From: Christensenellaceae bacterium | GTDB taxonomy: Bacteria > Bacillota > Clostridia > Christensenellales > Borkfalkiaceae | Direction of reading: 5' to 3' | Assembly: GCA_045654225.1 (NCBI GenBank) | Contig: JAZOMW010000006.1 | Coordinates: forward strand, 17,009-81,008 | DNA length: 64,000 nucleotides | Shown: positions 1 to 9,863 of the stretch, piece by piece | Numbering within the stretch: position 1 is the stretch's first letter | How the letters are laid out: each line of letters begins with the position of its first letter | Program-made: the position numbers and the translations under genes | The notes under the pieces: model-generated | Told to the model about the DNA's origin: nothing | Database searches by the model: none | The model's input: only the letters and a program-made list of their open reading frames with translations

Positions 1-1200
1 TGGCGCCATTTTTAAAAGGGCAAAGCCTTCGCCTTCTTGTGAAAGTGCCATAGACGCGTTCGAGTTATAAACGCTAAGTAAACTCGTAATAATCATAACG
101 TTAAACGCAACGGTCATAAACGAGCCGAGTTGGCTTGTGTTTATTGCCGAAAGTATAAAGTTTAAAACGTAAATTAAAATAGGATATACAAGTATTACTG
201 ATATTGCGCTATTTAAGTTGTCGGACGAGCGGAATAAAAGTTTAAATTCTTTGTCTAAAAACGTTGCAAAAAGACCTTTTGCTTTTTTCGTTTTAGTTTT
301 ACGTCTTTTAGTTGAACTGCTTTCCGCCGACGAACTTGCCGTTTTAAAGAAGAACGGCATTACCGCTAAAAAGCAAATTGCAACAATTAAAATTAACGCG
401 CCTAAAACGATAACAAGGTTAAGCGGTATGTTTTCGTTAAACATAAGGCTACCTAAACACCTATAATAAAGAGAATAAGTATAAGCCGTGCTAAATACGT
501 TTTCAACCGTTTCCATAAACTTGCCGTAAATGGCAATTAACCTTATAGGTCTTGGAATAAGTGATAAAGCGTAGTCAACTGCAAAGAATACTGCGGTTAA
601 AACTACTACTAATAAAACGGCGCGAACAATAAGGTGGCGTTTTAAGAATTTTTGTGCGTTGGCTATTATTACCGAGAACGACGTTCCTATAAAAACTGGA
701 AATAGGCAAAGCATAAACCAACAAGGTAGTAAAAATATAAAGTAAACTGCGCTTGCTTTAATAATTATTCCGTAAGCGAGCATAAGCGGAAGTAAAAAGA
801 ACGTGCTTTTTTGAACTTCGTTAAATATAAAGATTAAAATTTTGCTTATAAAAACTTCGCTATGCTTACAAGGATAAACTAGAAGCATTGCATTTTCTTT
901 TTTGCCAAAAAGTACGTTTGAAGAACTAGTGGCAACGGAGAACGCGTCGAACACTTGAACAATTAAAATAATGCTTACGAAAGTTGCGGAGTTAAGTTTA
1001 AAGAAGAATAGCGAATTTACAACGAATAAAAGCGCGTAAATTACCGCGGTTACCGCAACGAACGCTAAAACTTTTAATAAAGTTGTTAATATACGCTTTT
1101 TAATGCTTCCCGACGGGCGTAATTTTTCGCCTATTTGCAAAAGTAGCAAATATTTTAAACGCAAAAGCGAATTTTTAAAGTTTGTAAAAAAGTTTGACAT
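1..1200 (-). CDS. ABC exporter-type permease, polytopic membrane protein (partial; C-terminus lies beyond the window edge)
   Basis: The minus-strand frame starting at ATG 1198-1200 (AGGTG just upstream, 16 nt after the ATPase gene stop) stays open to position 1. I translated all 400 codons by hand: MSNFFTNFKNSLLRLKYLLLLQIGEKLRPSGS... There are many hydrophobic spans. It is missing from the supplied ORF track because it has no stop codon inside the window. Confidence 0.6.
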   Translation of the reverse strand, partial: MSNFFTNFKNSLLRLKYLLLLQIGEKLRPSGSIKKRILTTLLKVLAFVAVTAVIYALLFVVNSLFFFKLNSATFVSIILIVQVFDAFSVATSSSNVLFGKKENAMLLVYPCKHSEVFISKILIFIFNEVQKSTFFLLPLMLAYGIIIKASAVYFIFLLPCWFMLCLFPVFIGTSFSVIIANAQKFLKRHLIVRAVLLVVVLTAVFFAVDYALSLIPRPIRLIAIYGKFMETVENVFSTAYTYSLYYRCLGSLMFNENIPLNLVIVLGALILIVAICFLAVMPFFFKTASSSAESSSTKRRKTKTKKAKGLFATFLDKEFKLLFRSSDNLNSAISVILVYPILIYVLNFILSAINTSQLGSFMTVAFNVMIITSLLSVYNSNASMALSQEGEGFALLKMAP

Positions 1201-1216
1201 AAAGTACACCTAATTT

Positions 1217-3442
1217 TTATTTATTTTCGCTCGTAGCGTTAACGTTTGCGTAGTTTGAGAATTTTAAGTACAATTCTTCAACGGAAAGATTTTTCTTTTT
1301 AATATTTTCAACGGTATCGGAAAGGCATAATTCGCCCGCGCAAATAATTGCAACGCGGTCGCACATTTTTTCAACTACTTCTATAACGTGAGACGAGAAG
1401 AATACTATGTTGCCTTTTTTAGCGTGCTCGCGCATACATTCTTTAATTTGATAAGTACTAGTAGGGTCTAAACCTGTGAAAGGTTCGTCTAATACCCAAA
1501 CTTTTGGATTATGTATAAGTGAACTTATAACGCTTATTTTTTGTTTCATACCGTGTGAGTACGATTTTATTTCACAGTCTAAAAAGTTGGTTAAACCGAA
1601 CATATTAGAGTAGTGCATTAAAGTTTTTTCTTTATCTTCTTTATTAACTTTATAAAGGTCTGCAATATATTCAACGTATTCGCGACCAGTAAGTTGTTCG
1701 TAAACGGCGTGGTTATCGGAAACGAAACCTATATTAAGTTTTGCTTCTAACGGTTGGCGCGAAATGTCGTAACCTTCAATTTCAATAGAACCTTCGGTAA
1801 TAGTTTGAACGCCAACTAAACTCTTGATAGTGGTAGATTTACCCGCGCCGTTATGACCTATAAAGCCAAATACTTCACCGCCGTGAATTTCAAGATTTAA
1901 GTTTTTAACGGCGTATCTGTTCGAGCCGTCGTATTTTTTTGAAAAATTCTTAATTTTTATCATATTTACTCCTTCGGGGTGTAACGGCTCGCTTAAAGGC
2001 CTACCGTTAAGTTCTAAAATGAGTTTGTGCATTTCGTCGTTTACAACTTTCTTTTTGCGGGCTAACGCCTTGTGCTTGTCTGCCAAATTAAAGAATACTT
2101 GATATATTCCCCAAGTTATAAACATAAAGCCTATAAATACTACGAATACCGTTATAACGTATAGCCAGTAAATTTTAACCGTAACGTCGCCAAGCGGGAA
2201 GGTTAAAATAAAATCTCTTTTAAGCGGGTAAGCAAACGGCAACATATTTATTAAGAAGTTGTCGTATAAAAAGAAATAGTCAACTGCGGGTTCTTCGCCT
2301 GAAACGTATTGTGGTAAGTTGTTTATGTAACCGTTTAAGAACGCTGCAAGTAAAACGTAAACTGCAAAGGCGGGTATTGCCTTTTTAATCATATTAAACG
2401 AAGGGCGTTCAAAAAGTTTAAGCGCAACGCCAAGTAACGGCAAGAAGAACGCGTACCAGTGATTGTACCAGTAAAGTAGGCTGTTAAAGGTTGTAAAAGG
2501 CGCGTCGCCGTTAGGCATTAGTATTGCAAAGAACGCACCCGGTACGTTTACAAAGTAGGTAAAGTAGAAAGCGCTTTCCGCATTGAAAACGTACACGAAA
2601 AACATTATTATAATTGCCGTGTTACAAAGGTGAAGTGGCATAGACGTGAGCGTCGGCGTGCGGTTAAAGAAGAATTGCATAAAACCGCTTAAAGAAAGCA
2701 TTATTAAAAGATGACGCCTATCACTTAACGGTTTGTTCCTAAACAAGAAGTAAAGGACAAACGGAATTATAAATGAAAGGTAAATGTATATACGGTGAAT
2801 TACGGTAAAGTTTTTAGCTCCGTCACCATATTCGCCAAATAAAATTTGCAAGGTGTTGATAGGCATAAACGCCATCAAGTAAAACAAACCGTACAAAAAG
2901 CCATGTAAAAGTTTTTTGTGTATTTTGCTAAAATCTTTTTCTATAATAAAGTCGAAAATACTATTAAAGCAAATTAACGTGTTTATAACCATTATTACGG
3001 TGTAAATTATTATTTGCTTGTTAAATTCGGTTGAGCCGGAAATAGTAATGCAAAGTTTATCAAAGAACACCCAGTTTAAAACTATAAATATAGGTGCAAA
3101 AAACACGCCGTAATATTTAGGTCCTTTTTTATCAAAGAACGGCATTACTATAAAAATTGCGTTAGTTAAGTAAAGTAACCATCTTAAAACTACTAAAAGT
3201 ATCGTTTCAGTTTTAGCAAAAATCCCAACTTCTAATCCAAGTTGACCCGTTATCACTTCACTTGCAAAAAGGTGCGGTATATACGTGAAGAATAATGCTA
3301 CTGAAAGCGCTTGAAGTATTAAGTTTTTTAAGTTGAACGTTCTACCCTTTATAGTAAACGACTTATTTTTTAAAGCGTTAAGACCTATACTTATAAATAT
3401 AGATAAAGCGATAGACGAAAATAGCATTATATATTGAAACAT
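1217..3442 (-). CDS. Fusion protein: N-terminal ~470-aa polytopic membrane domain plus C-terminal ABC transporter ATP-binding domain
   Basis: Walker A GHNGAGKST, signature-like YSHGMKQK and Walker B VWVLDEPFTGLD all lie in the last ~250 aa. Residues 1-~470 are strongly hydrophobic and include MPLHLCN. RBS AAGGTGG precedes ATG 3442. Confidence 0.8.
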   Translation of the reverse strand: MFQYIMLFSSIALSIFISIGLNALKNKSFTIKGRTFNLKNLILQALSVALFFTYIPHLFASEVITGQLGLEVGIFAKTETILLVVLRWLLYLTNAIFIVMPFFDKKGPKYYGVFFAPIFIVLNWVFFDKLCITISGSTEFNKQIIIYTVIMVINTLICFNSIFDFIIEKDFSKIHKKLLHGFLYGLFYLMAFMPINTLQILFGEYGDGAKNFTVIHRIYIYLSFIIPFVLYFLFRNKPLSDRRHLLIMLSLSGFMQFFFNRTPTLTSMPLHLCNTAIIIMFFVYVFNAESAFYFTYFVNVPGAFFAILMPNGDAPFTTFNSLLYWYNHWYAFFLPLLGVALKLFERPSFNMIKKAIPAFAVYVLLAAFLNGYINNLPQYVSGEEPAVDYFFLYDNFLINMLPFAYPLKRDFILTFPLGDVTVKIYWLYVITVFVVFIGFMFITWGIYQVFFNLADKHKALARKKKVVNDEMHKLILELNGRPLSEPLHPEGVNMIKIKNFSKKYDGSNRYAVKNLNLEIHGGEVFGFIGHNGAGKSTTIKSLVGVQTITEGSIEIEGYDISRQPLEAKLNIGFVSDNHAVYEQLTGREYVEYIADLYKVNKEDKEKTLMHYSNMFGLTNFLDCEIKSYSHGMKQKISVISSLIHNPKVWVLDEPFTGLDPTSTYQIKECMREHAKKGNIVFFSSHVIEVVEKMCDRVAIICAGELCLSDTVENIKKKNLSVEELYLKFSNYANVNATSENK

Positions 3443-3482
3443 TTAAACCACCTTTTTTAAGTTTATTCGTATATTTTTTTGC

Positions 3483-3528
3483 AAATAAAAAATTGATATT
3501 AACGGCGTAAAAGAAGCGTAAATATCAA
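3483..3528 (-). terminator. AT-rich hairpin plus U-run (second of two tandem terminators after the 159-aa gene)
   Basis: On the minus strand the arms TTGATATTTACG / CGTTAATATCAA (1 mismatch) are followed by TTTTTTATTT. Confidence 0.45.
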
Positions 3529-3569
3529 TAAATAAAAATCCCCTATAAAAAACACGTAAAAAACACAGG

Positions 3570-3598
3570 CAAAAAGCCTATAAACGAATTTTATAGGG
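3570..3598 (-). terminator. Intrinsic terminator
   Basis: On the minus strand, CCTATAAA-attcg-TTTATAGG is followed by CTTTTT. It starts 14 nt after the stop at 3612. Confidence 0.5.
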
Positions 3599-3611
3599 TA
3601 AAGTATTTAAT

Positions 3612-4091
3612 TTAGTTTAAAAATTGAATTTTGTGAGTGTAGAAAGAACTTGTAACTTTCGTAGGTTTTGTTAAAACGGTACTTCTTATTGTTATAGCGC
3701 TTTTACCAAGGAATAAGAAAACGCAGAATATTGCCAAAACGAATAACGCCGTGGCAGTTAAAAATAAAACACTAATTTTAATAGTAAATCTTACTGCTAA
3801 TTGTGAAAGTAACAAGTACAAGAAAGTTTCTTGTTGGAAAGAAGTTACGGAGAACATATCTTCAAACAAGAAATTAGGAGTTGAAGGGATGCAAAGGAAT
3901 TTAGGTAATACGATTTTAGGTAAAACGAATTTTACAAAGAAAAAGAGCATTACAAAAATTGTATCAAGGTGATGAATTGCGTTCCTTAATATATTTTTAA
4001 TGCTCGTTATGAAGTTATTAAATGCTTTGCTTTCTTTTAAATTTAAGAAAAGCGCTTTAAAATTTTTCATAAGTGTACCTAAATTTAGCAT
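3612..4091 (-). CDS. Hypothetical small membrane protein (start uncertain: ATG 4091 or ATG 4070)
   Basis: 159-codon ORF with 2-3 hydrophobic spans. A TTGACA-containing promoter-like sequence sits upstream at ~4125-4140. No family recognised. Confidence 0.4.
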   Translation of the reverse strand: MLNLGTLMKNFKALFLNLKESKAFNNFITSIKNILRNAIHHLDTIFVMLFFFVKFVLPKIVLPKFLCIPSTPNFLFEDMFSVTSFQQETFLYLLLSQLAVRFTIKISVLFLTATALFVLAIFCVFLFLGKSAITIRSTVLTKPTKVTSSFYTHKIQFLN

Positions 4092-4152
4092 CGTTTAACA
4101 CTAATTTTAGACTATTTTAACATTATATATATATAATGTCAAGTTATTTTAA

Positions 4153-4193
4153 TAAAAAAGCACTTTTGGCATATAGTTCTGCGCCAAAAGTGC
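4153..4193 (-). terminator. Intrinsic terminator after icd
   Basis: On the minus strand, GCACTTTTGGC-12 nt-GCCAAAAGTGC is followed by TTTTTT. Confidence 0.7.
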
Positions 4194-4210
4194 ATCGTTA
4201 TTTAAAATGT

Positions 4211-5428
4211 TTAAGCGTAAAGGCTTTCTAAACGCTTTTTGATTTCTTTAAGGAAAGTTTGACTGTTTACTTCGGTTACTTTAAATCCGTCTTCTACTAA
4301 ACCTGATAAATCTTTGGTCATAATTCCGTCGTTAAGAGTTTGAATTGACGCCTTTTCAAGTTTAGTGCCAAAATCCACTAATTTTTCTAAACCGTCAAGT
4401 TCGCCACGCTTTTTAAGCGCTCCGCTCCAAGCAAAAATAGTTGCCATAGGGTTGGTTGACGTTTCTTCGCCTTTAAGATAGCGGTAGTAGTGGCGCGTAA
4501 CCGTACCGTGCGCCGCTTCGTATTCGTAAATGCCGGTAGGCGATACTAAAACGGAAGTCATCATAGCAAGGCTACCAAAAGCGGTTGAAACCATATCGCT
4601 CATAACGTCGCCGTCGTAGTTTTTAAGCGCCCAAATAAAACCGCCTTCGCTTCTAATAACTCTTGCAACGGCATCGTCTATTAAAGTGTAGAAGTATTCA
4701 ATGCCTAACTTTTCAAACTCTTTTTTATACTCGTTTTCGTAAAGTTCTTCAAATATAAGTTTAAAAGTTTGGTCGTATTGTTTAGAAATCGTGTCTTTCG
4801 TTGAAAACCATAAGTCTTGTTTTGTAGAAATTGCGTATTTAAAGCAAGAGTGAGCAAATGAGCGGATTGAACTGTCTTTATTATATTGACCTTGTAAAAC
4901 GCCCGCGCACTCAAAGTCGTAAATAGTTTCTTTAAAAATTTCGCTACCGTTTTCGCTAGTAAATACGAGTTCGGCTTTGCCGCTACTTGGAACTCTAAAT
5001 TCGGTTGCCTTATAAACGTCACCGTAGGCGTGCCTTGCAATAGTTATAGGCTTTTTCCACTTTTTAACGGCGGGTTTTATTGCATCGATAGTGATAGGTG
5101 CTCTAAAAACCGTACCGTCAAGCATAGCGCGTATAGTTCCGTTAGGGCTTTTCCACATAGTTGAAAGGTTGTATTCTTCAACTCTTTGTTTGTTTGGCGT
5201 AATAGTTGCGCATTTAACCGCAACGCCGTATTTTAAAGTTGCGTTCGCACTGTCTATCGTAACTTGGTCTTTGGTTTTTTCTCTATATTCTAAACCTAAA
5301 TCGTAATATTCGCTTTTAAGGTCAACGAAAGGTAAAATGAGTTCGTCTTTTATCATTTTCCATAAAATTCTTGTCATTTCATCGCCGTCCATTTCAACGA
5401 TAGGCGTAAGCATTTTAATTTTTTCCAT
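4211..5428 (-). CDS. icd: NADP-dependent isocitrate dehydrogenase (about 400-aa eukaryotic-like type)
   Basis: The N-terminus reads [25 protein letters not shown], then [13 protein letters not shown], and the length fits. RBS AAAGGAGA precedes ATG 5428. The longer track ORF (5452) would overlap the aconitase gene. Confidence 0.9.
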   Translation of the reverse strand: MEKIKMLTPIVEMDGDEMTRILWKMIKDELILPFVDLKSEYYDLGLEYREKTKDQVTIDSANATLKYGVAVKCATITPNKQRVEEYNLSTMWKSPNGTIRAMLDGTVFRAPITIDAIKPAVKKWKKPITIARHAYGDVYKATEFRVPSSGKAELVFTSENGSEIFKETIYDFECAGVLQGQYNKDSSIRSFAHSCFKYAISTKQDLWFSTKDTISKQYDQTFKLIFEELYENEYKKEFEKLGIEYFYTLIDDAVARVIRSEGGFIWALKNYDGDVMSDMVSTAFGSLAMMTSVLVSPTGIYEYEAAHGTVTRHYYRYLKGEETSTNPMATIFAWSGALKKRGELDGLEKLVDFGTKLEKASIQTLNDGIMTKDLSGLVEDGFKVTEVNSQTFLKEIKKRLESLYA

Positions 5429-5429
5429 A

Positions 5430-7355
5430 TTATTCTCCTTTGGTGTAAGCAAGTAATCCGCCCGCTTTTAAAATATCAATTTGTCTTGGCGAGAATTTAT
5501 AAACGACTTCAAACGTCTTGCCGTTAGTTTTATTTAAAACCGTTGCTTTGCCGTTATTTAAAGCATCGTAAACGTTTTCAATAACGAGTTCGTCGCCTTG
5601 TGAAACTAAATCGTAATCGCTTTCGTTACTAAATTCAAACGGAATAATGCCTGCGTTAATTAAGTTTGCCGAGTGTATGCGCGCAAAACTTTTAGCAATA
5701 ACAACTTTTACGCCCAAATATAGTGGAACGAGCGCCGCGTGTTCTCTTGACGAGCCTTGACCATAGTTACTTCCGCCAACTATTATAGACTGTTTAAGTT
5801 CTTTTGCTCTTTCGCTAAAACCTTCGTCACAAACGGCAAAGCAGAATTTAGAAAGGTACGGAATATTACTTCTATAAGGAAGTATTTTTGCGCCCGCAGG
5901 CATAATATGGTCGGTAGTTATGTTATCGCCAACTTTTAAGCCGATTTTTGCGCTAATTTCGTTTTCAAGCGGTTGAGTGGTAGGGAAAGGTTTAATGTTA
6001 GGACCGCGCACAATTTCAACGTTTTTAGCTTCTTCTTCACTTGCAGGAAGTATTATGCCGTTATCGTTTATTAAAAACTCGGTTGGCATTTCAATTTCTT
6101 CATAACCTCCAAGGTCGCGCGGGTCGGTTATAACGCCCGTAAGAGCAGACGCCGCCGCAAGTTCTGGCGAAACGAGATATACTTGACCGTTTTTAGTTCC
6201 GCTTCTACCTTCAAAGTTACGGTTGAACGTTCTTAAAGAAACGCCTTCGCTATTAGGTGAAAAGCCCATGCCTATGCAAGGACCGCAAGCGCATTCTAAA
6301 ACTCTTGCGCCAGCCGATATAATATCGGTTAAAGCACCGCAATTTGCAAGCATTGAAAGAACTTGCTTCGAGCCCGGTGAAACGGAAAGGGAAACGCCTT
6401 CGGCAATAGTTTTGCCTTTTAAAATAGAGGCAACGCGGAGCATATCTGCAAGCGACGAGTTCGTGCAAGAGCCAATGCATACTTGATTTACTTTTTTGCC
6501 TGCAATTTCGCTAACTTTAACGATATTGTCCGGCGAGTGCGGGCAAGCGAGCATAGGTTCTAATTCGCTTAAATTTATATCTATAATTTTATCGTAAACG
6601 GCGTCATCATCGCTTGAAAGCGGAATATAATCTTCGCCTCTTCCTTGTGCTTTTAAAAATTCGTAAGTAATTTCATCGGAAGGGAAGATAGAGGTTGTTG
6701 CTCCAAGTTCCGTGCCCATATTTGTAATAGTAGCCCTTTGTGGAACGGTTAAAGTTTTAACGCCTTCGCCACCCCACTCAATAATTGCGCCAACACCGCC
6801 TTTAACGGTTAAAATTTGTAAAATTTTAAGGCTTACGTCTTTTGCGGTAACGTAAGGTTTAAGTTTGCCCGTAAGATTTACTTTATACATCTTTGGCATC
6901 GTTATGTAATAAGCACCGCCACCCATTGCAACCGCAACGTCAAGACCGCCTGCGCCCATAGCGAGCATACCTATACCGCCACCCGTTGGAGTGTGACTAT
7001 CCGAGCCTATTAAGGTTTTACCCGGTTTCCCAAATCTTTCAAGGTGAACTTGGTGGCAAATGCCGGTACCAGGGCGTGAAAATTTTAAGCCGTGCTTTTT
7101 AGCAACGCTTTGAATATATAAATGGTCGTCGGCATTTTCAAAGCCCGATTGAAGGGTGTTATGGTCAATATACGCTACGGAAAGTTCGGTTTTTACGCGT
7201 GGAATACCCATAGTTTCAAATTCTAAATACGCCATTGTACCCGTTGCGTCTTGCGTTAAAGTTTGGTCTATTTTAAGCGCAATTTCACTGCCAACTTTCA
7301 TTTCGCCTTCAACAAGGTGAGCCTTTATAATTTTTTGAGCAATAGTTAATCCCAT
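5430..7355 (-). CDS. Aconitate hydratase (about 640-aa clostridial type)
   Basis: Aconitase-family motifs [14 protein letters not shown] and CGPCIGMG (Fe-S cysteine ligands), plus a C-terminal swivel-domain-like region. Confidence 0.9.
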   Translation of the reverse strand: MGLTIAQKIIKAHLVEGEMKVGSEIALKIDQTLTQDATGTMAYLEFETMGIPRVKTELSVAYIDHNTLQSGFENADDHLYIQSVAKKHGLKFSRPGTGICHQVHLERFGKPGKTLIGSDSHTPTGGGIGMLAMGAGGLDVAVAMGGGAYYITMPKMYKVNLTGKLKPYVTAKDVSLKILQILTVKGGVGAIIEWGGEGVKTLTVPQRATITNMGTELGATTSIFPSDEITYEFLKAQGRGEDYIPLSSDDDAVYDKIIDINLSELEPMLACPHSPDNIVKVSEIAGKKVNQVCIGSCTNSSLADMLRVASILKGKTIAEGVSLSVSPGSKQVLSMLANCGALTDIISAGARVLECACGPCIGMGFSPNSEGVSLRTFNRNFEGRSGTKNGQVYLVSPELAAASALTGVITDPRDLGGYEEIEMPTEFLINDNGIILPASEEEAKNVEIVRGPNIKPFPTTQPLENEISAKIGLKVGDNITTDHIMPAGAKILPYRSNIPYLSKFCFAVCDEGFSERAKELKQSIIVGGSNYGQGSSREHAALVPLYLGVKVVIAKSFARIHSANLINAGIIPFEFSNESDYDLVSQGDELVIENVYDALNNGKATVLNKTNGKTFEVVYKFSPRQIDILKAGGLLAYTKGE

Positions 7356-7356
7356 A

Positions 7357-8742
7357 TTAGTTAAGTCCTTTTACTTTATTAGTTTTTAAATATTCTTCAA
7401 CCGCAGTTTCAAGTTCTTTGGTGCTCATAACGGTTTGTCTTCCGTCAACGTATTGCTTGTCAACGAACGCTTTTATGTGCGCAACTATATCGTCTTGTTT
7501 CTTTATCATATTTTCGCTATCTAAAAGGTCGTAGTTGGTGTTTAGCCAGTAAGCAATTCCCGCTAAGCCCGAAGTGTTGTTTATTGCAACGGTAGCAGGG
7601 CGGTTAAGAAGTTTATCGGTGTCAAATATATTGTAAATTTCAGGGTCTTTCATAAGCCCGTCTGCGTGAATGCCCGCTCTCGTAGAGTTAAAGTTTTCAC
7701 CTATAAACGGCGTCATAGGAGGTATTGTGTAGCCTATTTCTTTTTCAAAATATTCGGCAATTTCAGTAATAACGGTAGTGTCCATACCGTCAAGCGAGCC
7801 TCTAAGCGACGCGTACTCCATAATCATTGCTTCAAGCGGAACGTTGCCCGTTCTTTCACCGATGCCAAGAAGTGAACAGTTTACCGCCGACGCGCCGTAA
7901 ATCCACGCACAAGAAGCGTTTGCAACCGCTTTATAAAAGTCGTTATGGCCGTGCCACTCTAACATTTCACTTGGAATATTAGCGTAGTGAAGTAAGCCGT
8001 AAATAATGCCGGGAACGCTACGTGGAAGTGCGGTTTCAGTATAAGGAACGCCGTAACCCATAGTGTCGCACGCTCTAAATTTAATAGGAATATTTGCTTC
8101 TTCGCTTAACTCTTGAATTTCCGTAACGAAAGGAAGAACGAAGCCGTAAAAATCCGCTCTCGTAATATCTTCAAGGTGGCATCTTGGTCTAATACCCATT
8201 TCAAGCGCGGCGATAATAGTTTGCTTATAGTAATCAAGCGCTTGCCTACGCGACATGCCCATTTTCTTAAAAATATGATAGTCGGAACAACTTACTAAAA
8301 TACCCGTTTCTTTAATGCCTAAATCTTTAACTAATTTAAAGTCGTTTAAAGAAGCGCGAATCCAAGTGGTAATTTCAGGGAATTTTAAGCCCGCGTCTTG
8401 ACACGCTTTAAGCGCTTTTCTATCGTTTTCACTATAAACGAAAAACTCGCTTTGCCTAATTATGCCGTTTTTACCGCCAAGTTTAGAAAGCAATTTATAT
8501 AAGTGTACGATTTGTTCAACGCTGTATGGAGATTGTGATTGCATACCGTCTCTAAAAGAAGTGTCCGTAATAAAAATTTCTTTTGGCGTGTTCATAGGAA
8601 CGCGACGGTGGTTAAAAGCAACTTTTGGAACTTCCGTATAAGAATAAATTTCTCTATATAAATTTGGTTCTTTAACGTCTTGCAATTCATATTTATACGA
8701 GCGATGTTCAAGTAAATTAGTTTTGTTAGATAAATGTAGCAT
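7357..8742 (-). CDS. Re-citrate synthase-type enzyme (homocitrate / isopropylmalate synthase-like, HMGL family)
   Basis: ITDTSFRDGMQS and WHGHNDFY metal-site motifs of the HMGL-like family. The order CS-aconitase-IDH matches the clostridial Re-citrate synthase cluster. RBS AAGAGGA. Confidence 0.7.
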   Translation of the reverse strand: MLHLSNKTNLLEHRSYKYELQDVKEPNLYREIYSYTEVPKVAFNHRRVPMNTPKEIFITDTSFRDGMQSQSPYSVEQIVHLYKLLSKLGGKNGIIRQSEFFVYSENDRKALKACQDAGLKFPEITTWIRASLNDFKLVKDLGIKETGILVSCSDYHIFKKMGMSRRQALDYYKQTIIAALEMGIRPRCHLEDITRADFYGFVLPFVTEIQELSEEANIPIKFRACDTMGYGVPYTETALPRSVPGIIYGLLHYANIPSEMLEWHGHNDFYKAVANASCAWIYGASAVNCSLLGIGERTGNVPLEAMIMEYASLRGSLDGMDTTVITEIAEYFEKEIGYTIPPMTPFIGENFNSTRAGIHADGLMKDPEIYNIFDTDKLLNRPATVAINNTSGLAGIAYWLNTNYDLLDSENMIKKQDDIVAHIKAFVDKQYVDGRQTVMSTKELETAVEEYLKTNKVKGLN

Positions 8743-8843
8743 AATTACACGTCCTCTTTACAAAAAATTTGTAAATATTTTTAATATTTACTTGATTATA
8801 GCACAGTTTAATGATATAATCAACAATAAATAATTATATAATA

Positions 8844-8864
8844 GTTATAAATTTTTTTTATAAC
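8844..8864. promoter_or_regulatory. Perfect inverted repeat GTTATAA-N7-TTATAAC (contains ATAA-N7-TTAT) in the divergent promoter region
   Basis: Read directly at 8844-8864. It lies between the citrate synthase operon start (8742) and the LysR gene start (8879). Confidence 0.5.
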
Positions 8865-8878
8865 GTGAAAGGGGAATT

Positions 8879-9823
8879 ATGAACGAAAAAGATTACGTTT
8901 ACGAAGTTTATAAAGAACGCAGTTTTTCGGTTGCGGCAAAAAACTTATACGTATCGCAACCCGCGCTTTCCGCGTCGGTTAAAAAGGTTGAAAGGGAACT
9001 TGGAATTACGCTATTTGACCGTTCTACTTCGCCTATCGTTTTAACAGAAGAGGGTAAGGTTTATATTGAATATTTAGAAAAGTTACGCGCAATAGAAAGC
9101 GAAACTAAAAACAAACTTATGGATATGTCCAAATTAAAAACGGGCAAAATAGTGGTTAGCGGTGAAAACTTTGTGTCTTCCTTTATTATGCCGAAAGTTA
9201 TTATTGAATTTTCAAAGAGATATCCGGGTATTCACGTTGAACTTGTAGAGTCAAACTCGCCTGATTTACGCCAACTTTTAATAACCGAAGCAATAGACCT
9301 TTTAATTGCGCACGATTTTGACAAAAAGTTGTATTCAAGCACACCGCTTTTTGAAGAAACTTTGCTTTTAGCCGTGCCGAAAGATATGCCTATAAATAAA
9401 GAATTAAAGGACTTTTTATTAACGAGAGAAGACGTTTTAAACGGCGTTCATTTAAAAGATATTTGCCCGAAAGTTAGCATTAAAAAGTTTGAAGATTGTC
9501 CGTTTATTTTACTTAAAAAGGGTAACGATACGCGTAGGCGCGCAAACGAAATTTTCTTAGAAGAAAATTTTGAGCCTAAAACGGTTAAAATTTACCTTGA
9601 CCAACTTATAACTTCATATAATATGGTATGCTTTGGTTTAGGCGTTGCTTTCGTAAACGATATATTAGTTAAAAGTTCTAATCAAAGCGGTTGCGTGTAT
9701 TATAAATTACGCGGTAGGGCAACGCATAGAAGTATGGCGATAGGCTATAAAAAGAACAAATATTTATCAAAAGCGATAAACGCTTTTATAGAAACCGCCA
9801 AAGACGTATATTCAAACAAATAA
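8879..9823 (+). CDS. LysR family transcriptional regulator (CcpC/CitR-like by context)
   Basis: N-terminal HTH SFSVAAKNLYVSQPALSASVKKVERELG. About 310 aa. Divergent from the TCA-branch operon. RBS GGGGA. Confidence 0.85.
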   Translation: MNEKDYVYEVYKERSFSVAAKNLYVSQPALSASVKKVERELGITLFDRSTSPIVLTEEGKVYIEYLEKLRAIESETKNKLMDMSKLKTGKIVVSGENFVSSFIMPKVIIEFSKRYPGIHVELVESNSPDLRQLLITEAIDLLIAHDFDKKLYSSTPLFEETLLLAVPKDMPINKELKDFLLTREDVLNGVHLKDICPKVSIKKFEDCPFILLKKGNDTRRRANEIFLEENFEPKTVKIYLDQLITSYNMVCFGLGVAFVNDILVKSSNQSGCVYYKLRGRATHRSMAIGYKKNKYLSKAINAFIETAKDVYSNK

Positions 9824-9862
9824 CAAAAAAAGGCTTTTGCTACTTGCAAAAGCCTTAAATTT
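9824..9862. terminator. Bidirectional terminator between the LysR gene and serA
   Basis: AGGCTTTTGC-tact-TGCAAAAGCCT is flanked by an A-run on the left and a T-rich tract on the right. Confidence 0.7.
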
Positions 9863-9863
9863 T

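Noticed and set aside
218-466. An 82-aa plus-strand ORF from the supplied track.
   Set aside because: It lies antisense inside a minus-strand frame that stays open for all 400 codons from ATG 1200 to the window edge. That frame has an RBS and clear membrane-protein character. The plus-strand ORF has no RBS and looks like a shadow frame.
3751-3972. A 73-aa plus-strand ORF opposite the 159-aa hypothetical gene.
   Set aside because: It is shorter, has no RBS, and the promoter and terminator geometry fits the minus-strand ORF. Neither ORF has family support, so this call is weak.
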